Assembly: GCA_032718475.1 (NCBI GenBank)
Contig: JAUCBJ010001911.1
Span: 1 to 56,794 of the forward strand
DNA: 56,794 nucleotides
Source: Nemertoderma westbladi
Taxonomy: Eukaryota; Animalia; Xenacoelomorpha
Direction: 5' to 3'
Of the stretch, positions 47,670-56,794 are shown one piece after another. The position numbers and the translations under genes are program-made. The number at the start of each line of letters is the position of its first letter. Position 1 is the first letter of the stretch. The notes beneath the pieces were generated by a model. It ran no database searches, had not been told where the DNA came from, and worked only from the letters and a program-made list of their open reading frames with translations.

Positions 47670-48754
47670 ACGGATGCAAAAATTATTGCAGCAATCAGAT
47701 CAGTATACGATGGTTCGACAACATTTGTCTCTACTGTTGATGGTGACACAGAACCATTTGAAGTGTTATGGGGCGTCCTCCAAGGAGACACACTTGCACC
47801 ATTCTTGTTCATAATTCTGGTTGACTATGTTCTACGCATGTCCTTAGATCATCATAATGATTGGTGATGATAACTCCACCTACTGGCTCCAGAAGTCGAG
47901 GAAATCCTGCCAAGTACCTAACTGATCTAGACTTTGCTGATGACTTAGGAGTACTCTCAGAATCATTAGAGGGAGCCCAACGGCTCCTCAGCTCATTAGA
48001 ACATGCTGCTTCTAGTGTTGGTGTTTTTATTAACTCGAGAAAGACCGAAATTTTGACAGTTTACTTTGAAAGTCCTCAGCAAGTCTCTGATCGGATGAGA
48101 TGGTATGCATGAAAAGGTGGTATGCTTGAGCATGTGGACGACTTCTGTTACCTGGGATCATGGATCCGGAAGTCAGGTGAGGACATTCGAATACGTAAGG
48201 GAAAGGCATGGGCAGCCTTGAATAAGCTTTCCAGGATTTGGAAGTCACCTAGAATTAATCGGAAACTTAAGGTCCGATTATTTAGAGCAGCAGTAGTTCC
48301 AGTACTCCTCTACGGGAGTCCATGCTGGGCTCTAACTGCTGAGGACACCAAATCTCTGGATGGCACATTCACAAGAATGCTACGCCGGGTTCATTGTGTC
48401 AAGTACAATGCACACATCTCCAACCAGACACTATATAACATTGGAGGTGTCTCATTGGTTCCCCCAAGCTTGACACTAGAACAAATCCGCCTCCGCTTTG
48501 CAGGACATTGCTTTCGCCGTGAGGACCAGCCAGTGCATAATCTTGTACTTTGGCAGCCTCATGGAGTGAATAAGCATGGTGACAGCCCATGACTTTCTTG
48601 AGACTCATCTTAAAGGACACTGGCCTTGAAGATGTGGATGATCTAGCAAATGTCATGGGTGATAGGGAGTTGTGGCGGCGCAATTTTGTCGACAAGCCGG
48701 CACATCATTCTTAAAAATGCAGCTGCAATGCAGCATGCCGATCCTAGTAGTAGT
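47670..48754 (+). mobile_element. 5'-truncated RTE-like LINE (RT domain to (TAG)n tail), frameshifted
   Basis: GVLQGDTLAPFLF, DFADD, FCYLGSWI, LYGS and LRFAGH motifs. Confidence 0.9.
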
Positions 48755-50102
48755 ATATTTACATATTATAGTGTTTGCACTTTTACAGTAGGTATGTTAG
48801 ACCCTTCAGCTTTCTATGTGTAACAATATTTCACGTCATGAGATATAGACAAGATACATTTTTTCATGCAATTTAAATTAAGTGGCGTAGTATTGGGGCA
48901 GAGGATGGTGCTGGAATCCCCTTATGTTTACGTATCGGAGACTGTATGGTGTAATGCCAAGTAACAGGGAAGGAGTGGAAATAATAACTCAAACGGTATA
49001 TAAACTCTTCATGGTATTATTTGTTAGTTTTAATTCTTGTTTTTGAAAGTTTGTAATTGTAATACTAGTATACTATTACGTAGCTATGCAATGCCTCTAT
49101 TTAATGATATTTATCTAGAGATTAATTACAGTAACTAAACGACTTATTATAATATTCCATACTTATTGACAATCGTCATGTTTTTCTTATTTTTGTTGTT
49201 CCCAACATTATACTGTCTTCAAAACCCAACAATCTACGATGTAATTTTTCAATTTAGAAAAAAACCTACAATGTCTGTCTAACGGTTATCCAAAAAACCG
49301 ACACTCGACCGTCTGTCGACTAGAAAATTAAAATTTCTCAAATTTTTTATTGAAATATTTTGTATATTATTTTTTAATAATATATTTATATGAAATATCG
49401 TCGCCCTATGACATTAATTTTTCACCTATTGTATACAAGTAGGCTAAACAGCAATTAGTTTGGATAAAATCCAGTCTCCTAAATGACGGGTTAGAAATTT
49501 CTAGTCAATTACTGAACTCCCCTTATTAAAGAGATTGTCAAAGTGGTAAATATGAAATATTCATCAAGATCATCTTATCATATAGGAATGTTTGTTAAAA
49601 AATTAATAAAATTAATTTGTTAAATAATGTGAATATTTATTTGACAAAATATCTGATCATATAATATTCAGGTAACTAGCCAATAGGATTAGCTCTTTCA
49701 TAATCGACAACGCCGTAACTTAAATGGATATAATTTCTGCTTGTGGGTAGTTTTGTATGTTTTATGACTTTATGGGACTAACTTGGGGTAAAAAATTGGA
49801 TTAAAAATAAATGTTAAAATTTCGTCGCCCTCTATCTGCCACAAGCGTAAATGTTAATTCACTAAAAACATTTGGACATAATCTATAAATTTTGTTACAA
49901 GACAACGTAATAATTATTATCAGTTAGATTCAATTGGATTCTTTACATTATTCATCTTATGGCGCGAATCTTTACATATTATTTTGGAGATTCCAGATAA
50001 TTAGTAATTTTTAGTTGTTAATTATATTACAAAAAAATATGCAAATAACGCCAATCAGCCAATAATAATAAGCAAATTAGATTTCATTCTCATCTAATTC
50101 CT

Positions 50103-50789
50103 TCATAATACAATAACCAATAGGATGAGAGTGAGTAATATACTAGGGGTTACATTGAGTGCGATGGAGGTTGGGCCGTTAGGTTTAACTACATCTTCTA
50201 TAACACCAGTGGTTGTTATATCGGGTGCGATGGAGGTTGAGCCGTTAGGTTCAACTATATCTTTCCCTTCTTCAGTTGGTTGTTGGTCCGATTCCGTATT
50301 AACCGCGCACTCGTGTATTTCTATTGATGGTTCCAGTGCTGACCTCTCGCCCTGCTTCTCTAACGCTATATGCATCCAGTGTTTCCCAACCTCCCGTTTT
50401 ATATACTCCCCTTCCTCTCTCTCACTTGTAACATGGACGTTAGTATAAGTAACTCTGATTACTACAGGCCGTCCCGAAACTGAAACTATTACACTATTAT
50501 TAGTATAACCGTCGTAGTATCGCTCCACGTTTATTTCCCCATCCTCGTAGTCCAACACAAATACAGGATAACCGTCAATAAATCCATCGATCAATATTAT
50601 ATCCTTAACGGTTTTATTGCTTGTGAGTTGATAACTTAACGTTAAGTTATCTCCCTCCTCCACACAGTTCTTACCAATAGGATCTTCTATGGTGAGTTTG
50701 AGTTTGGTAGGATCGTAGGTGTCATCTATTCCGTGGCATAAAGATATCAGATGGATCAAAAGTAAGGCAGATATGTAAATCATTAACAT
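50103..50789 (-). CDS. Paralogous Ig-like, probably GPI-anchored surface protein, 228 aa
   Basis: Identical signal peptide and tail to 2688-3377; divergent domain loops. Confidence 0.85.
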   Translation of the reverse strand: MLMIYISALLLIHLISLCHGIDDTYDPTKLKLTIEDPIGKNCVEEGDNLTLSYQLTSNKTVKDIILIDGFIDGYPVFVLDYEDGEINVERYYDGYTNNSVIVSVSGRPVVIRVTYTNVHVTSEREEGEYIKREVGKHWMHIALEKQGERSALEPSIEIHECAVNTESDQQPTEEGKDIVEPNGSTSIAPDITTTGVIEDVVKPNGPTSIALNVTPSILLTLILLVIVL

Positions 50790-51880
50790 GGTTGATTCTA
50801 TTAAATATTAATTATTTATATAAAAATTCAACTTTAAACTTCAAACAAATAAAATAAAATATGGTTCTGAAATAATAAAAATTTATAAACAAAATAAATA
50901 ATATTAATGAGTTAAGAAATTATTATTATTGGTGATGGTACATGTTTGGATAAAAATATTATACGATCTTTATGGGCCCACTTAGTTACTATGGTTACCG
51001 CTAAGGGTTGCTGATAAATAGTAGTGTATATTAAAAACCATGAACCATAACCAACCCCCCCCCCCTCGCCACCAAAAAAAGCGTTGAGATGAAAAAAGTT
51101 AGAGATGTCCGGTGCGATTTTTATTGATTCCATCGGATTCAGGACCCTCACAATCCCGAATAACGCAAAAAACAAGATGATACATATATCTATTGATCAA
51201 TTTGCTTATTTTCAAAATTAATTTTGGTGCTGGCACAAAACTTTTCACACACCGCCGAAAAATACAAGTTTGAGAACTCTTCTGCATTTTTAATTTTACC
51301 ATTGAATTTAGAACCCTCACCAACCCGTATAACGCAAGAAACGTTCGTGGGGCCTTCGTGCAGGGCGAGGCTCATTTATTAGATACAGATTTAAATTGAG
51401 CAATTCTATCCCAAAATCGGTACTTAAGAAATTTAAATAAATAATTAAGAAATTTAACCCAACCGCTAATAAGAATGAATCAAAGAAGAGAGGTTCCCCC
51501 CTTGCTTCAACCGCCCTCTTAACTTACACCACCCCAACCCAAAGGAGCACAGAGGATAAATGAAAGGCAGGATAAAGCAAGCTGGCTTATTTATTAGTTA
51601 CACTCTAGTAGTGCCCTGCCTTTATGTCCTATATAGATGTAATTACCCATAGCCAAGTAGTAGGCAATAGCCAGCTAGTATGACAAGGAATGAGGGAGGT
51701 ATAGAGTGGCGAGGGCATTTTGATACTTAATTACGTTTAGATCAATTAAAAATACATTTTTTAAAGCAAATCACTTGAACTAATTAAAAACTTTAATGGA
51801 ATGGGGAATGTGAATTACAGCTGTATAACTTTTATGTTTAATTATTTATATCTTACTCTAAAATAATTAATTTCCATTAA

Positions 51881-52900
51881 CCCTATTAAACCCGGGGGGG
51901 GGGGGGGTCAATATGACCCCCCCGTGGTTTTTTCATTATAATTCTGAAACAATCACAGTTGGGAATCTGAAATTTTATGACTTTTCCTAAAAATCTATTG
52001 TCTTCCTAGTAGTGAAAACCGTTTTCAAAAATATTGGGTAGTTTTCGAGTTATAGCACCATTTTTTAACCCTACTTTTGGCACTTTTTTGAGACGTTTTT
52101 TGAAAATTACATTTCATTAAATATGAATTGTAACATCTCTATTTTTGATTTACACCGGTTTTTTAGTGTTAGAAATTTGATGGAATTCATATAAATTTAT
52201 TTAGAAATTTCAAACTTGTTTTTTCGGCGGGTGCCAATTTTTGGTGCCAGCACCAAATTTTGAAATATGTCAATTTTGTAAATTGATTGTTTGAAACTTG
52301 TTTTTTACGCAATTGGGGTTTTTTGGGTTTCTGGATTCGAAGAAATATATACGAGTTTCACCAAGCGTATCTAACTTGTATTTTTCGGTGCTGTGTGCAA
52401 ATTTTGGTGCTAGCACGAAATTTTGAAAATCCATTCAATAGATAAAATTGCTTGTGACAATTTATTTCTTGCGTTTTGGAGGTTTATAGCTGTTCTGAAT
52501 TCAATGGAATATATAATTATCGAACTAGACATCACAAACTTGTATTTTTCGGAAGTGGGTGCAAAATGTGGTGCTAGCACCAAATTTTAAAAACCATCAA
52601 ATATATAAATTGATTGTGTCACCTTGTTTCTTGCGTTATACGGGTTTGTGAGGGTTCTGAATTCAATGGAATCAGTAAAAATTTCATAAGAATTTTCAAA
52701 CTTGTATTTTTCGCCAGTGGGTGAAAATTGTTGTGCCAGCACCAAATTTTGGAAAATAAGCAAATTGATCAATAGATAGTATCATCTTGTTTCTTGCGAT
52801 ATACGGGTTTATGAGGGTCCTGAATCCGATGGAATCAATAAAAACAGCACTGGACATTTTTGGTAATGGGTACGAAATTTGGTGCTTGCACCAAAATTTG
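51881..52900. mobile_element. piggyBac-type non-autonomous element, inverted relative to 3660-4515
   Basis: TTAA|CCCTATTAAAC-polyG terminus; internal GTGCTAGCACCAAATTTT-like repeats. Confidence 0.6.
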
Positions 52901-53656
52901 CCAAATTACGCCGAAAAATATAAAATATAATATAATATAAATAAAATATAAATTTTCCAGGCTATCTAATTTGGCCACCAGAATAACAGGACGAGCACAA
53001 CGAGGCTTTTAAATGATACGAGTACTGATATGGACAGAGTTATAACTAGTGAAATACAGTCAGCATGATTTTCAAATTTACTAATCAATCATAATAAACC
53101 GTGAAATGCTGCAGCAGTTGGCGCTATTTATTAGTGTATACTACAACTGTACAGTTAGTTAGACTATACATTCTTCAATACTGCAGTGCTTCTGAATTAT
53201 ACAGAAATGCATGACATCTTTCACTATTGGTTGGGACTGTCAAGCAGCTGCTGAGTATAGGGATACTCATTTTACTTGTCCCAAATAATGGGAGCATAGT
53301 AACACTTATCTGACATCCCAGTCATACATAGGAAACCATAGAACATAATATAATATCATGGCTCATACGGGTTTGCCACGGGAGGGTAGGTTGTGGCTCA
53401 TACGGGTGTGCCCCGGTATGGAAAGGGTTAATAGGGTTAAGAACTAACTACTACCGGTCCGGGTATGGTTCATTACTTCATGGTTAATATAAACTACCCT
53501 TTCATTGTAGCGAGTGGTTAAAGACGGCCAAGTACTGTAGGGCTGAGTACAACATTGGTAGCAGATGGTGGTAATGGCAGATGGGTCTTAACTTAATAAG
53601 AACGTAAATTGGGACATACAAGGTATCAGGTAGTATATCCATGTCTTTTACCTGAG

Positions 53657-53830
53657 CCGCTACCGGTAGCTGAATGGTTAGAGCGTCAGTCTTCTATCCG
53701 GAGGTCACCAGTTCGATCCCACCTGGACGTCATTGCCGACTATGTAAAACTGTGCCCACCAAAACGTTATATATTGATAAGAAACCACTCATTCACCCAA
53801 AACACTAATAATAAATTATAAAAACACTAA
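53657..53830 (+). mobile_element. tRNA-derived SINE copy
   Basis: Match to the 5397 and 18397 copies. Confidence 0.7.
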
Positions 53831-54599
53831 AAATAGTTTTTAATATCAGCTATTGTTAAAAAAAAACCCAGTTCAATACCAACTTGCCAGTTAAAGAATC
53901 TAAACTAAAAAATAGAGTAACAGAAACTATTTCTAACTTAGATTAATGTGAATGCAAACGATCCATAATAAACAGCCCATTTATAAAGGATTCCTGGAAG
54001 GATTGGTTGAATTCAACCAGAACCCAACATTTATTTGAGTCCAACACAGTTCAAAGCGACTTCTAAAAATAAACTGTCTAGACAGTCATCGCCCCATGAC
54101 ATTACTGTATAAATTACGACATCTGGTGGCCGCAGTTTATCTGAGTTAGTGAGCTCTGAGCCAATGGGAGCTGCTATTGGTGTGCGCTGCTGTAATATTA
54201 ATGGAACTATTATTCCGCACTGCATCGCTCAGCCATACACTGCCGATCATAGATAAAATACAGATTAACGCAATACAGACAGACGAATAGCGGCCAATAC
54301 ACCGGCTCAGATAATACTTATCAGTTACAGTTAGTCAACAGGGCACAACAAATAATTTATAGTGCATTGAATCGAATGTGACGTAATTACGGTATATCAC
54401 GTTCACCAAACATGAGTGAGACGTGACAGATAGCTTTACCCAAATAGCTAAATCGTTATAGCCAACACGCAGTTTATTATATTAACTTTCAGTTTGGAAA
54501 ATTTGCAACTTTTTTGGAGAGGAGATTATCTCATTTCACATTTATTAACCTATCTTATTAAAAATAAAACACGACATATCCGAAACTCGAGCAGACTAT

Positions 54600-55090
54600 C
54601 ATTGCATTGCGATGATAATATGAAATGATATATTGAACGCACATCGCGTTTGGGAAACTAAAGCAACTAATTGGAGACTCTTATTCCAACAGTATGGTAG
54701 GCCTATTACTCGGTTGGTATACTCGGTTCCCTGCAGGATGGTAATCCCGATACTAATGTTGGTGTACAGCCTTATAAACCTCGAAAGAGACGTGATGAGA
54801 TCGAGAGGACGGGATACGAGGGAGACCACGATATTATATTCAACGACTATTCTACACGTATGAGCGTAGCGAGGACAGAGATAGGTTAATGGTGTTCTGT
54901 AATGGGATGACGTGTAGAATCAAACCGCGAATGTTGGATATTATTTAGCAGACGAACTGAGAGCCCAAGAAATAATAGAGCGAATCACTAAACAAATAGA
55001 CAATGGTCACTATGAGATTGGAATGTTGTGGCGACGCAAACCGAAACAATCTTAAAGATCAACTTTCAGCTCCCCTTCAAAAGAACACTG
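54600..55090 (+). pseudogene. BEL pol relic, duplicate of 6270-6760
   Basis: NAHRVWETK and NGHYEIGMLWR. Confidence 0.75.
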
Positions 55091-55280
55091 ACTTTCTGAT
55101 CACTTGTTTTCACTTTGTTATTAATTAATTAAAAAATATAAAACTTGAGTTGCCTAAACCAATAGATAATCTGAATTTAAAGTTACTTTCTACAGATTTC
55201 AAACCCGCCCGGCGGGGTGCGGATTTATCACTGAGTTAAGGTTAATTGTTAGTTAATCCAATAGGCAAGGCAGGTTGGGT

Positions 55281-55482
55281 GAATTCTTAGCCCGCGAGTA
55301 TTCTTAGTCCGCGGGTATTCTTTGCCCGTGAGTATTCTTAATGCGCGAGTTAGTAAAGGACCAGGTTAGTAAAGGAGAAGGTTTCACAGGCGTATTGGGC
55401 GAACCAAAACAATAAACGTTATTGTATTGCGGGCTAAAAATACCCAACCCACGGGCTAAGAATACTCGCGGGCTGAGAATTC
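55281..55482. mobile_element. Small MITE-like foldback with 18-nt subterminal repeats
   Basis: GAATTCTTAGCCCGCGAGTATTCTTAG... pairs with ...CTAAGAATACTCGCGGGCTGAGAATTC. Confidence 0.65.
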
Positions 55483-56349
55483 CTGAGACCGCAAGGCATA
55501 GCATATAGGCCCGATCACACTCACCCGTGCGAGAGCGATACTACTACTACTATAGTTAACAGGTAGTTTGGCGGTCTCAATAATGGTTAGTCTTGGCCGG
55601 TACAATAAATATTCATTTCAGAACATTAATTTATGTAATATGAGATGAACCAGTACGGTAAAATGTAATTATAATACCTGTAGACTCATAATAAATATCA
55701 ATAATTAATGAAAACTTAATATATTATGAAGACAATCTTATATAATTATAATTACGACATTAAAATGAAATAACTACAAACATGTTTCACTCAGGGAGAA
55801 ATTACATATTTCTATCCCCCCGTGGCACGATATTGTATCCAAAACAATAAACGAAAGGATGATAGAACAGGTTACAGATTTTGTTTTTTTAAGAGTCATC
55901 GGATTTTATTTGTGTCGATTTTCCCGTATAGTGTGACACCACCATGCAATCCATAATCCAATTTCAATAATTCCAATTTCTCTCCTATTTTTCTCCCATT
56001 TTTGTATACTTTTTATCTCACCTTTGTTAATCATACAACAGTTGTGATAGTGAGTGACGGCCCAAGTTTAGTTTTGGATCTGGATTTTCAGGTCCAATAC
56101 GACCCTTTGACTTCTGACGCGGCTAACCTCCACCCCCCCCCCCCCCCCCCCCCCCTTCCCTTCATCCGTAGGATAGGCAGGTGCTACACTAGCTCTGCTT
56201 ATAGACATGTCAGACATGAGAATTAATAATAACTGCAATGACAAGAAATTAAAGCTGTTAATCATGTGAAAATAGCAATTGCTTGTTTACGTCTTAATTT
56301 AGAAAGCTCAGTTTAATTTAATTATTAAAAAAATTGCAATAAAACAATT

Positions 56350-56794
56350 ACTACAATGCAAAGAAATTAAAGCTGTTAATTAAGTGAAAATAGCAAATGT
56401 TTGTTTACCTCTTAAATTAGAAAGCTTAACTTAATACATTTGATAAAAAAATGTCAAATATTGAAATATAATAAAGAAACATCTCCATTGATCACAGAAT
56501 AGTGTTTAAATAGAACCGTCACCGAATATTCTAAAAACGCGAAAATCGGAGTGGAGAGGAAGCGAGCAGAGTGGAGTAGGGGGGGCGGGCCGTACCTGAA
56601 ATCGCGAAGGGCCTGAGCGCGTGGGCGCGAGGATTGATTCAAGGTAAGAACCCGGGCCTTAAATGTGCAGGAAATTACCACGAACAATACCTTGGGTACT
56701 AGTGAACGGAAAGTGAAGTACCGGCGCAGCGGTAAGTCTCGTTTGCCTGACGTGAAATTCGGGCTCGGTTCAACCGTCTTCTTAAATCTTCAGC
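56350..56794. repeat. Dispersed GC-rich-core repeat, copy 5 (runs off the window)
   Basis: Match to copies 1 and 2. Confidence 0.85.

Larger units (their letters stand above)
49570..55250 (+). repeat. Segmental duplication, copy B
   Basis: Paralogue of 2150-6910. Confidence 0.9.

Overview
AT-rich eukaryotic DNA, probably from an invertebrate animal (organism not identifiable from sequence), made up almost entirely of nested mobile elements and local duplications. The only clear host-type genes are two intronless paralogues (2688-3377 and 50103-50789, minus strand). They encode small signal-peptide proteins with an Ig-like domain and a probable GPI anchor, sit in a ~5 kb direct segmental duplication, and differ mainly in hypervariable patches. 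Three BEL/Pao LTR retrotransposons are present: (1) ~7378-18390 with intact PR-RT-RH-IN motifs, an in-frame amber codon in gag and a frameshift where the capsid N-terminal domain should be; (2) 24611-36784 with paired LTRs and a CTGTA TSD, non-autonomous, carrying hairpin arrays and a near-identical 5.4 kb piece of element 1; (3) 39171-~41900, one ORF with RT/RH/IN deleted in frame. There are also RTE-like LINE fragments with (TAG)n tails, tRNA-derived SINEs, nested TTAA piggyBac-type MITEs and a GC-rich dispersed repeat. Most notable unannotated signals: a tRNA-headed unit fused to a Penelope-type minimal hammerhead ribozyme between perfect 84-bp inverted repeats (655-1019), and a 20-nt RNA hairpin repeated seven times with covarying stems in different reading frames of element 1. 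All comparisons were made by eye; no database search was run.
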